From the NCBI GenBank assembly GCA_963798375.1, contig CAWCTG010000022.1, positions 272,926-336,925 of the forward strand: a DNA stretch of 64,000 nucleotides, written 5' to 3'. Shown here in pieces: positions 30,033-39,403 of this stretch. The DNA comes from Candidatus Binataceae bacterium (GTDB lineage Bacteria; Desulfobacterota; Binatia; Binatales; Binataceae). The notes below the pieces were generated by a model. It saw only the letters and a program-made list of their open reading frames with translations. It did no database searches and was not told where the DNA came from. The translations under genes were made by a program, and so were the position numbers. Numbering within the stretch: position 1 is the first letter of the stretch; each line of letters starts with the position of its first letter.

Positions 30033-30977
30033 TGCCGTCTATGCACTCCCTCGCGCCATAGTCGCCTCATCACGAAGGCCATGTTCTAGCTGCGCTTATG
30101 CCTTTCGAGGCCAGCTGATCACGTCTCCGAACTCGGCCGCCATTCTCGTCCGGTATTCGTCATGCGGGAAACGGGGCTCGGCAAATTGCGGCCATTCAGG
30201 CCATCTCGCCAGCCAACGCAGAGTTCGATCGCGCTCCGCGGCCGCCGCTATCTCGGGCCGCAACGGGAGGCGCAAAACCCGTGAGGATTAGCGCACACGC
30301 GTCCGCCCAGCCATGCAGCTCAGGCATAGCTTTGGTTACGTTTTACCACTCTGTTCGGTGCAGAACTCATCGCCGAACCAGCGGCACCAAGCTTCAGAAC
30401 GCGGAACCTCTTGTCAGTCTCCCCCGCGTTCGCTGACAGTTCGGGCGCGACCGTAACATCCAAATCAGGGGATTGCAAGCGAGGTGCCCATTTGGTGTGC
30501 GCAACGCCTTCCACTGTGACATCGGCAAAACGATAAGGTCCGCTACGTCTTTGTCGACGGCTGGTATCCGCGGGTGCGGATCGGGAAAAAGCGGGTGCGA
30601 GTACCGATGCTCCGCGCAGCCAGCGGGTGTTGCGCGGGCGCGGGATCATCCGGCTGCGCCACTCGCTGCGACCGCGCTGCTCCCAGTTCTTCATCGACAG
30701 CGTCTCCTCCGGCGCCCGCCGCCAAGCGCGCACAAGTAGCGGCTCAACTCGCCGGATCATTACGTTTTTTTTCTTTTTCCCCAAACTTCGCGACACTACC
30801 GCGAACTCGGCGAGACCTCCGCACCAGATTGTTACCCAGTCGGCACTTTTTCCTACATCTTGTCGTCCGTTTGACAGCACTAAGGGTATTCATGATATTT
30901 AGCCGAACCGCCGCCTTTACGTCTGGGTGGGGGATACTAGCGATCACACCGCTTTCAGCGAGACAGGAGATTCCACC

Positions 30978-32039
30978 ATGAAGCGTGTATGCGCCTTTGC
31001 GCTTTTAGGTAAGAGGGTTCTGAGCACAAGCACGATAATTCTGCTGGCCGCGGCCATCGCGACGTTCGCGTGGTCAGGGATGGCGGCGGCAGAGGAAGAG
31101 GAGGCTGGGCAGGAGTTGCAGAACTATTTCAGCAACGCCAACGCAATTCTTGCGGGAGATGCCCTCGTCAATATCACGGCTCCCTTCGAGGGTAATGCAA
31201 CAGCCCTCACCGCGGCCGCGCGAGAGGGCGAAACTTGCGCGATGATCTACGTCTTTGATACCAGCCAGGCGATGGAGGAATGCTGCGGATGCCCGCTGAC
31301 CGCAGATGGTCTGTTGACCCTCAGCATCAGCGGCAGTTTGGCGGGGAACCCGGCGGCGTCACAGACCATCCTCAACGACGGCTCGATCCGCATTCTCTCG
31401 ACCTTGCCCAATGCCAGTCCACCTCCACCGCCGGTGGAGACTCCCGCATATGAAGGTTGCGACCTCGCCACCGGCGTCTGCTGCGACCCAAGCGCGCAGG
31501 GCACCGGCTTCACGCTGACTCCCGGTAGCGAATTGGCGGCTTGGGCGCAACACGTACAGACTACCCAAACCACCGAAAACGAGTTCGAGGTGGCTCCGGC
31601 TGACCCCTCAGACTACGGCGGATTGCCGGCAGCGTGCGCCGGTCTCGTCAGCGTGGGTAGCGGACAAGGCGTCTGCACCTGCCTCTTCGTAACGCCGACC
31701 CCGACCCCGTCCGCCACCCCGACGGCAAGTCCAACGGCAACCGCCACCATAACCGCAACCGCGACGGTAACCGCAACCGCGACGCCAACTACAACAGCAA
31801 CCCCAACCGTAAGCGCTACGCCGACGGCAACCGTAAGCGCGACGCCAACCCGAACGGCAACTCCGACGGCAAGCGCAAGCCCGACGGCGACCCCAAGCGC
31901 GACGGCAACCTCAACGGCAACCGCCACCGCAACCGCTACGGCGACGGCAACCCGAACGGCAACCGCCACCGCAACCGCTACGGCGACGGCAACTGCCACC
32001 TTGAGTCCGACTCCGACGGCGACCCCGACGCCGGGCTGA
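30978..32039 (+). CDS. Secreted Cys-rich hypothetical protein with C-terminal Thr/Ala/Pro tail (paralogue C)
   Basis: AGGAGA RBS before ATG 30978; homologous to 865..1614 across the Cys-rich domain, then about 115 aa of TPT/TAT repeats. Confidence 0.85.
   Translation: MKRVCAFALLGKRVLSTSTIILLAAAIATFAWSGMAAAEEEEAGQELQNYFSNANAILAGDALVNITAPFEGNATALTAAAREGETCAMIYVFDTSQAMEECCGCPLTADGLLTLSISGSLAGNPAASQTILNDGSIRILSTLPNASPPPPPVETPAYEGCDLATGVCCDPSAQGTGFTLTPGSELAAWAQHVQTTQTTENEFEVAPADPSDYGGLPAACAGLVSVGSGQGVCTCLFVTPTPTPSATPTASPTATATITATATVTATATPTTTATPTVSATPTATVSATPTRTATPTASASPTATPSATATSTATATATATATATRTATATATATATATATLSPTPTATPTPG
31692..32033 (+). repeat. Low-complexity coding repeat (Thr-Ala/Thr-Pro)
   Basis: Runs of acggcaacc/gcgacg encoding TATATA/TPT, including an internal tandem duplication near 31917-31995. 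Confidence 0.85.
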
Positions 32040-32410
32040 TGAGCCGCACAATCCGCCGGTCGGTAATCCGATGCGCGACCATCCGGAGTAACGACTCGTG
32101 GTCAACCGAGTCGAACAAATTCGGACATCGGCCTCAAGCACCCGGTTCACGCTGGCGGCGTCTTGATGGCGCTAACCTGGCGCCGCTGGTGCGTGCCGGG
32201 CGCGAAATTCGTCGATGGAGTTCGCCAACACCGACCGAAAAACTTTACTCACTCAAGCGACAACCGACCGAGCGAAGCCGCCTCATCATGATTTAATTCA
32301 GCCGGCCGCCGGGAACATATCGCGCTCGTCGCGCGGGACCGGCTCTCATCTCAAGCGCGAACCTGACGTGCGATGGTACGCCCATCGCCGCACGCTTGCG
32401 CACGGATCGA

Positions 32411-34117
32411 TCATCCCATCGGACCCTGGTACACCTCGGCGAAGCGAAGCCCGAGCTCCATGGGAATCGCGAGGTTGGCATCGCGATTGGTCTTCAGGCA
32501 AACGACTGCCGGTCCGTCCGATGCCTTCGCGCCCTTCAGCGCCGCTTCGAGGTCTTCCATGCGATCGACGTAAAACGATTGGCAGCCCAGGCCCTCGGCG
32601 ACCCGGTCCCATCGCACTGTCCCCATCTCGGTGCCGAACGTCCGTCCGTAGAGCATCCGTTCATTCGGCTCCTCCATCGTCCATGAACCTTCGGCGAACA
32701 CCACGGTCCTGACCTTCAGGCCTTCGCGCGCCGCCGATTGCATCTCCATGAAGTTGAACCCCGCAGCTCCGTCGCCGCTCACGCACACCACCTCGCGCGC
32801 CGGGTTGCCAAGCTTCGCTCCAATGGCGGAAGGGATTCCCGTGCCAAGCATGCCTAGTTCAAGAATGTTCAGGTACGACCGCGGCTTGGTCGATGGCAAA
32901 AACCAGGCTGCCCACAACGAAGTGTTGCCGCCGTCGGCGACATAGATGCTGTCCGAGCCGAAGACTTTGCCGATTGTTTGCATCGCGAGCGCCGGATGAA
33001 TCCCGGGTCCGCGCCAGGCCACGATCGGTGCGAATCGCTCCTCCCACCATTTGCGGGCAACCTCTCGATAGCGCTGCGTGTCCTCCCCGCCCTTGGGCCG
33101 GACTCGCTCCGTCTTGAGCACACGCAACAGGCCCTCGAGCGCGCTTTTCGCGTCGGAAACGATCCCGAGCGCCAGCGGCCGCGTGACGCCCATGTTGCGC
33201 TGATCGATATCCACCTGGATGAGCTTCTGATTGGCGGGATCGCCCCAGTACTTGTCGTAGGGAATGTCAAGGTTACCCATCCTCGAGCCCGCGACCAGGA
33301 TGACGTCGGACTCGCGGCGCGCGAGGTCCGCACCAACGCCGTAGCCGTACAGGAAGTTGGGATGATCGACCGGCACCGATGACCGCCCGGCTATCGTACC
33401 GATGACGGGACAGTTGAGCGCCTCGACGACCGCCAGGAGCGCTTCGTTTGCTCCGGCGCGATCGACTCCGGCACCCGAGATCACAATCGGCCGTTTGGCG
33501 CCGGCGAGCATCCGAGCCGCCTCCTCGAGCTGCGCTTCCGAGGGCCGCGGACCCGCTGCCCGGTACTGATCCGGCCTCAGCAGCCGGACCTTTGCGTCGT
33601 CACCCATCGCGTACATCACGGGCGCCGGTATCTCGATTTGAATCGGCCCCGGCCTCCCGGTCCACATTTCGCGAAAGGCAATCCTCATCACTTCGGGGAT
33701 ACGCTCCCACGACAGAATCGGACCGCTCCATTTGACCACCGGCTTGAAGACTTCGAGCTGATCCTGACCCTGGAAGGTCGCCGGTGACGACGGATAAACG
33801 ATCCCCAGGCGATGCTGCGCGGTGAGAACGACGACGGGCACGCCCTCGTGCCGCGCCGTGATCACGCCGGGGATCAGATTCGCAGACCCGGGACCGGGGT
33901 TACCTAGCACCACCGCCACCTGGCCGGTCGTCTTGTATAGCCCTTCCGCCATGTGGACGGCGGCGGCCTCGTGGCGAACGGGGACGAATCGCACTTCGTA
34001 CTGCTCCAACTTGGCGAGAATCGGATCGACCTCCGGACAGGGGATTCCGAACACGAACCTGACACCCTCGCCGACCAGACATCGGATAAGAAGCTCTGCT
34101 CCAGTAATTTCGCTCAT
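32411..34117 (-). CDS. Thiamine pyrophosphate-binding protein (acetolactate synthase/decarboxylase superfamily)
   Basis: VRHEAAAVHMAEG, GPGSAN, LGMLGTGIPSAIGAKL and TPP motif GDGAAGF. Confidence 0.92.
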   Translation of the reverse strand: MSEITGAELLIRCLVGEGVRFVFGIPCPEVDPILAKLEQYEVRFVPVRHEAAAVHMAEGLYKTTGQVAVVLGNPGPGSANLIPGVITARHEGVPVVVLTAQHRLGIVYPSSPATFQGQDQLEVFKPVVKWSGPILSWERIPEVMRIAFREMWTGRPGPIQIEIPAPVMYAMGDDAKVRLLRPDQYRAAGPRPSEAQLEEAARMLAGAKRPIVISGAGVDRAGANEALLAVVEALNCPVIGTIAGRSSVPVDHPNFLYGYGVGADLARRESDVILVAGSRMGNLDIPYDKYWGDPANQKLIQVDIDQRNMGVTRPLALGIVSDAKSALEGLLRVLKTERVRPKGGEDTQRYREVARKWWEERFAPIVAWRGPGIHPALAMQTIGKVFGSDSIYVADGGNTSLWAAWFLPSTKPRSYLNILELGMLGTGIPSAIGAKLGNPAREVVCVSGDGAAGFNFMEMQSAAREGLKVRTVVFAEGSWTMEEPNERMLYGRTFGTEMGTVRWDRVAEGLGCQSFYVDRMEDLEAALKGAKASDGPAVVCLKTNRDANLAIPMELGLRFAEVYQGPMG

Positions 34118-34392
34118 AAGATCCTCCCGTGGGACCGCCGGTTAGTCGGTCTTGAAGCAATAAAGCAGTGAAAAAAATCGAAACAAAAAAACGCCTGGGC
34201 AGCGGCAACCCCTGTCCTCTCAATGCGGACACTACGATCGAACCCAAATCCGAGGCAAGCCGCGCCTCAGCATTCGTATCTAGTGGGATAAACCGCGGGA
34301 AAATTCCCGGAGGTTAGCACGCGAAAAATTCCCGGTACGGGATTCCTGTAAGAGATTTTAGATTCCGACCGGGACGCGGCGCGCTGATCCCT

Positions 34393-36819
34393 TTACGGCA
34401 GGCAGACGGCGTGCGGCGGCGATTGCTTGAGGCAGGCGACCAGCGGCGTCATCACCGGCCGCGCAGCGCCGATGAACTCAGTGATGCTGTTCCCGTTGGC
34501 GTTCGCCACCCAAACGTTGCCTCCGGCATCAATCGCGATGCCATAGGGGTCGTTGAGACCGCCGCCGGTGTAGCCGCTGGCGGGGGAAATGGCGCTACCC
34601 GTAGAGCTGAACTCGCTGATGCTGTCGACGTAGCCGCTGATGCTTTGGTTCGCCACCCAGACATTGCCCGCGCCGTCTACCGCGATGTCAACGGGTCCGT
34701 GCAGGCCGCCGCCGGTGTAGCCGATGGAAGGAGAAATTGCGCTGCCAATGGAGCTGAACTCGCTGATGCTCTCGTCGTTCCCGTTCCCCGCCCAGACGTT
34801 GCCCGTGGCGTCTACCGCGATGCCAAAGGCGTTGTTTAGGCCGCCGCCGGTGTAGCCGGTGGAAGGGGAAATTGCGCTGCCGGTGGAGCTCAACTCGCTG
34901 ATGCTGTTGGCGGCTGCTCCGTTCGTCACCCATACGTCGCCGGCGACGTCAATCGCGATGCCTTGGGGTCCGTCGAGGCCGCCGCCAGTGTAACCGGTCG
35001 AGGGAGAAATGGCGCTGCCCGTGGCGCTAAGCTCGCTGATACTGACCCCATTGAAGTTTCCCGCCCAGACGTTGCCCGCGGCGTCAATCGCGATGCTAGT
35101 GGGATCCTTTAGGCCGCCGCCGGTATAACCGCTGGAGGGGGAAATGGCACTGCCCGAGGAGCTGAACTCGCTGATGCCGCCGATTACAAATTCGCCACAG
35201 TTCCCGCCACAGTTCGGCGTCCACACGTTGCCCGCGGCGTCCACCGCGATGCCATAGGGTCTCGAGAGTCCGCCGCCGGTGAAGGGCGAACCCGTTGCCG
35301 CGCCGCCCGTGGGGTTGAGCTCGCTGATGCTGTCGCCGTGGAAGTTCGCCGTCCAGACGTTGCCTGCGGCGTCCACCGCCATGCCCAACGGCTCGCTTAG
35401 ACCGCCGCCGATGTATTCGAGCGCCAACGTGAAGTCGCTGGGCGCCGAACTCTGGTCGGGCGTATATGGCGGTGTCGCCGCCAGACCCTGCACGGCGAAG
35501 ATGCGGCTGACGTTGGAAACAGGATTCGTCGCCATCATGTGCGCTGCCTCAAGCGTTGTCCCGGTTGCCGGCGTACCCGTGCAGGCGAACAGGATGTCAC
35601 AGGGCAAACTAGCGGCGGAGCAGCTCGGCAGCGTCGCGCTTGGCCCCGTGCTGTTAACGCAACCGGCAATGATGTTGGCGATGGTGTCCGTCTGCTCCAG
35701 CCCGTCCGGCACGCCGAGGATGCTCGTTTGCGGGATGCCGGTATTGCTTGGGCTCCCGCCGGACACCAGGTAGCTCTGCACCAGGTTTGTCGTCGCCAGG
35801 TTGACGGCGTTGGTAAGCCCCGTGGTATTGGTCGAAGATGTCCCGATGAACGCGCCGGTCGAATCGCTGAACTGCGCCAGAGCCCACTCGGCCGCAACCG
35901 TAGTCAGCTCATTGACCGTGGCGAACGCCGAAGCAGTAAGCGCGTCGCACGGTCCCGTAAGCGACATCATCCCGATCGCCGGGTTGGTCCCTCCGCCCGG
36001 ATTGCCACTCTCAACGATGAGATAGGTTTCGGGATTATCCGCCGGGCAGATCCAGGAGGTGAAGCTGAACGAGCCCGAGCTGTCCGAGGCGGTGGAAGCC
36101 AGCTCCGTCGCGCCGCTGCCGTAGCCGCTGCTCCCGGCAGCATACAGCGTCACCCGCGCGCCCGAGACTGCGGTGAGCCCACCGTGCACCGTCCCCGAAA
36201 GCGCCGGCGCAGGGGTCGCCGTTGCGGTCGCGGTGGCCGTGGCAGTCGCGGTGGCCGTGGCAGTCGCGGTGGCCGTTGCAGTAGCGGTTGCAGTCGCCGT
36301 CGCGGTGGCGGTCGGGGTCGGCTTCTTCTGCGTGGCTTTCCCCTTCAGCTCGACGGTCGCCGAGCTTGGCCCCCTGATCGCGCCACTGCTGATATTGTTG
36401 ATGCTGATGGTCCCATCTACGTTCTTGCCGGGTCCGTTGGGGATGAACTCAACGTCAACCTCCTGGCTTATCGAGCCCGGAAGCGTGAGCGTTCCGCCCG
36501 CGGGAGAAACCTCGGGCGGGAATACAATCGTGAAGTTGGTGGCGTCGGTGCCGCCGGGCGCGCCGACAGTTACGGTCATTGGCAGCGTACCTTTGTTCGC
36601 GATGTTGAAATGCTTGGTCTCGGAGAATTTGCCCTTGTCGATATCGACGCTGTAGCTCAGCGTCTTGGGCGAGACAGAAAGTTTACTTACGGCCGTCTTG
36701 TTGTCTGGCGACGCATCGTCATCCGATTGCGCCAACGCCGGACGCGCAAACGCGGCAATCAAAAGCAACAGCGGGAAACCAAGGCCGCCGATTGACCATG
36801 TGAACGACTTGAAGCGCAT
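34393..36819 (-). CDS. Secreted NHL-repeat protein with N-terminal Ig-like domain and (Thr-Ala)n linker
   Basis: Signal peptide, beta-rich Ig-like domain, TATATA linker at ~36200-36320, and seven repeats of GGGLxxPxxIA(V/I)DxxGNVWxxN. Confidence 0.88.
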   Translation of the reverse strand: MRFKSFTWSIGGLGFPLLLLIAAFARPALAQSDDDASPDNKTAVSKLSVSPKTLSYSVDIDKGKFSETKHFNIANKGTLPMTVTVGAPGGTDATNFTIVFPPEVSPAGGTLTLPGSISQEVDVEFIPNGPGKNVDGTISINNISSGAIRGPSSATVELKGKATQKKPTPTATATATATATATATATATATATATATATATATPAPALSGTVHGGLTAVSGARVTLYAAGSSGYGSGATELASTASDSSGSFSFTSWICPADNPETYLIVESGNPGGGTNPAIGMMSLTGPCDALTASAFATVNELTTVAAEWALAQFSDSTGAFIGTSSTNTTGLTNAVNLATTNLVQSYLVSGGSPSNTGIPQTSILGVPDGLEQTDTIANIIAGCVNSTGPSATLPSCSAASLPCDILFACTGTPATGTTLEAAHMMATNPVSNVSRIFAVQGLAATPPYTPDQSSAPSDFTLALEYIGGGLSEPLGMAVDAAGNVWTANFHGDSISELNPTGGAATGSPFTGGGLSRPYGIAVDAAGNVWTPNCGGNCGEFVIGGISEFSSSGSAISPSSGYTGGGLKDPTSIAIDAAGNVWAGNFNGVSISELSATGSAISPSTGYTGGGLDGPQGIAIDVAGDVWVTNGAAANSISELSSTGSAISPSTGYTGGGLNNAFGIAVDATGNVWAGNGNDESISEFSSIGSAISPSIGYTGGGLHGPVDIAVDGAGNVWVANQSISGYVDSISEFSSTGSAISPASGYTGGGLNDPYGIAIDAGGNVWVANANGNSITEFIGAARPVMTPLVACLKQSPPHAVCLP

Positions 36820-37082
36820 TGTAAAGGGGAAGTTTCCGATTATACGTTCGGATCGTCGTGTCGCCAGCTAAAGTACGCCCACAGAGCAACTTTTGAAAGC
36901 GAGACGGCAACGGGCGAGGTGATAAACCCTTCACCCTTCTAACCGGGCGAGGCCCGCATCCTTGTTTTAACAGACGGGAAGTCCGAAACCCGTAAGCGGT
37001 TTCGGCCATCGGGGCGTGACTTAAAACAGCGCTAGTTGGGCGGAGAGGGGTGCCGGGCGCGCCCCTGCTATAATCTCCTCCG

Positions 37083-38147
37083 ATGCCCGGCCTCGACGTA
37101 ATCCTCGCCCCTGCGCTGGCTCCCGATGACCTCGTCGGCCTCGAGCTCCACTTTCTCGACGCGATCGCCACCCGCCAGACGCCGCCGGTACTGCTCATCT
37201 ACGCGTCGCCGGGCCGCTCCATCTCGATCGGCCGCTATCATTCATTTTGCGCAGCGCCCGAGCACGACGGAATCAACGTGATACGGCGTCTGACCGGCGG
37301 TCGCGTCGTCGGCGCGGGGCAGGGATGGCTCGGGCTTGCGCTCATTCTTCCGACTCGTACCGCACTGCTGATGGAAGACACCGCGCCACTGAAAAAGCTG
37401 AAACCCGAGCAGATCATGAATCGCTACGCGCGCGGCCTCCTGGCCGGGATGCGCGCGCTTGGAATCGATTGTTTTTACCCCGGCCGCGACGCGATAACCT
37501 TCGAGCAGCGCGAGATTGCGATGTGCACTTTCGAGACTGACGCTTCGGGCGCGATGCTTTTCGAGGCGGCGATCGCGCACAATCGCGGAATGGAAGAACT
37601 CGTCCACGATTTGGAACGCATCGATCCCGACGGCGCGCTTTCATGCCGCATGTATGACGCTGCGTCCGCCACCAAGGTGGTGCGCGAGCTTGCGCGCGAC
37701 GTCTCTTTCGACGAGCTGGCCGGCGCGATCGCGTCCGGCTACCGGAGTTCGCTCGGTGAGACTCGACGCCGCGAGTTGACCGCGATCGAATCTGCCCAGG
37801 CGCAGCATCGAGGGCAGGCTTTCGCCAACTCAAACTGGTTACACCCACCCGTCGCGGGAGCATCGCCGACGCTCAGGAATCGAATCGCATCGCAACTCGG
37901 CGCCATCGAGGCGGCGGTCGCGCTCAAAGCCGACGGCACCATCGAGGCCGCGCGGCTCAGCGGGGATTTCATCGCCAATTCGCCCGCTATCGCCGAACTC
38001 GAAAGCGAACTTCGCGGCCGCCCGCTCGACCTGGCCTCGGTCTCACATGCGGTCGCAAAGACATTTGGCGACAATGAAAACGGCAATTTCTTTCTCGGCG
38101 CGGGCGAACTGTCCAATCTCGTGCGCCTGATCGCGGAAGTAAATTGA
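37083..38147 (+). CDS. Lipoate-protein ligase A family protein with C-terminal accessory domain
   Basis: ISIGRYH, RRLTGGRVV and C-terminal LSGDFIAN segment. Confidence 0.8.
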   Translation: MPGLDVILAPALAPDDLVGLELHFLDAIATRQTPPVLLIYASPGRSISIGRYHSFCAAPEHDGINVIRRLTGGRVVGAGQGWLGLALILPTRTALLMEDTAPLKKLKPEQIMNRYARGLLAGMRALGIDCFYPGRDAITFEQREIAMCTFETDASGAMLFEAAIAHNRGMEELVHDLERIDPDGALSCRMYDAASATKVVRELARDVSFDELAGAIASGYRSSLGETRRRELTAIESAQAQHRGQAFANSNWLHPPVAGASPTLRNRIASQLGAIEAAVALKADGTIEAARLSGDFIANSPAIAELESELRGRPLDLASVSHAVAKTFGDNENGNFFLGAGELSNLVRLIAEVN

Positions 38148-38890
38148 AAGCCTCCGATCGCAGCGCAAGCGACGCGGCCGTCGTCGAGAAACTGATGCGG
38201 GAACTTGGCGACGCGCGCAAAACCGTTCAACGCCGTGCGATCGATGAACTCGTGGCGATTGCCGGGTCAGGCAACCCAGCCGTCACTGAAAAACTTCGCG
38301 GCTCAATGGCAAGCGCCGATCGCCGCGTGCGATGGGCTGGCGCGTACGCGCTGGGCCAAATCGGTGCGGGCGCGTTTGCGATGGACTGCGCGGACGCGCT
38401 GTGCGAGGCGATGTCCGACGACGACGGCGATATCAGGTGGGCGGCGACCGACCTGATGGTCCGCCTCGGACGCGAAAATCTCCCGGAGATTAGCGCGCGT
38501 CTGCTCAAACTCGCCGCCGCAGCCGACAGCGATCGCAACGCGCGCAAGATGGCGCTCTACTGCATCCGCGACCTCGATATCGCCGGCCCTGAACTGCTCG
38601 CCGTCGTCGAGCGCGCCGTGCACGACTCGGATGTTCACGTGCGGCTGGCGGCGTTGGCGGTGCTGTCGCGGCTGCGCGATGCGCCCGAAGCGGCGGCGCG
38701 AATCATGCTCGGATGCCTCAAGTCCGATCCGGATGCGGGCGTGCGCCGCGCCGCAGCCTCGGCGCTCGGCAATATTCGAAGCGCCACCGCCGACGCGATG
38801 ACCGCACTCATATCCGCGGCGGCCGACCGCTCCGACGAGTCGCTCGCGCGAGCGGCGCGCGGCGCGCTGAACCGGCTGGAGAAACGGTAA
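38144..38890 (+). CDS. HEAT-repeat protein
   Basis: Repeated D.D..VR..A...L helical units (RRVRWAGAYALG, GDIRWAATDLM, VHVRLAALAVL, AGVRRAAASALG). Confidence 0.85.
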   Translation: MKASDRSASDAAVVEKLMRELGDARKTVQRRAIDELVAIAGSGNPAVTEKLRGSMASADRRVRWAGAYALGQIGAGAFAMDCADALCEAMSDDDGDIRWAATDLMVRLGRENLPEISARLLKLAAAADSDRNARKMALYCIRDLDIAGPELLAVVERAVHDSDVHVRLAALAVLSRLRDAPEAAARIMLGCLKSDPDAGVRRAAASALGNIRSATADAMTALISAAADRSDESLARAARGALNRLEKR

Positions 38891-39393
38891 TGGCAATGAA
38901 AACGAACCGCGCCGCGGCGAATGATCCGGCCGCCCGGCTTGGCGATCCGCGCGTGCGGGAGTTTGTCGCCGGCGCGCGCATCGCCCATCTGGCGACCGCC
39001 GACGGCGCCGGCGCTCCGCACAACGTCCCGCTCTGCTACTGGTTCGACGGCGAGCGCATCTACTTCGCGATCGACGAGAAACCCAAGCGTCAAACCGGTT
39101 TGGCGCTCAAGCGGATGCGCAATATCGCGGAAAATCCGCGCGTCGCTATCGTGATCGATCATTATGAAGAAGATTGGTCGCAACTCGCGTACGTGCTGAT
39201 TCGCGGACACGCGCGCGTGGTCGAAGACGCCGAAGAATACATCGGCGCGATACGTCATCTGCGCGACAAATATCTGCAGTACCGAGCGATGAGTCTGACG
39301 CCGGAGAAAAATCCAATCGTGAAGATCGAACCGGTCAGCGTGCACGTGTGGGGCGCGCGTTTCAGCAGGGGTGACCCCTGCACCCAGTGTTAA
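38890..39393 (+). CDS. PPOX-class probable F420-dependent oxidoreductase (Rv0121-like)
   Basis: ARIAHLATADGAGAPHNVP, AIDEKPK, RMRNIAENPRVA..DHYEEDWSQL; ATG overlaps the HEAT stop. Confidence 0.88.
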   Translation: MAMKTNRAAANDPAARLGDPRVREFVAGARIAHLATADGAGAPHNVPLCYWFDGERIYFAIDEKPKRQTGLALKRMRNIAENPRVAIVIDHYEEDWSQLAYVLIRGHARVVEDAEEYIGAIRHLRDKYLQYRAMSLTPEKNPIVKIEPVSVHVWGARFSRGDPCTQC

Positions 39394-39403
39394 GAGAAGA
39401 TGC

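Noticed and set aside
30793-30803. ops-like element (CGCGGTAGTGT on the minus strand) upstream of the polysaccharide operon
   Set aside because: It has one mismatch to GGCGGTAGnnT, no JUMPstart first half, lies ~770 bp from the first gene, and could easily arise by chance in GC-rich DNA.
30033-30926. ORFs or ncRNA in the gap between the exporter and paralogue C (e.g. 30320..30880)
   Set aside because: The translations are low-complexity with no family signal. I saw no riboswitch or tRNA-like structure, and the TTGACA at 30871 lacks a well-spaced -10.
31692-32033. Repetitive tracts (also ~36200-36320, ~62705-62970, NHL repeats and the 29-bp tandem) as a CRISPR array
   Set aside because: These are in-frame coding repeats or spacer-less duplications. 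There is no constant repeat with unique spacers and no cas genes.
34118-34250. ilvB-type attenuator/leader peptide before the TPP enzyme
   Set aside because: U-tracts are present, but there is no convincing terminator stem and no short leader ORF with a stop; the TTG-started frame runs on into the gene.
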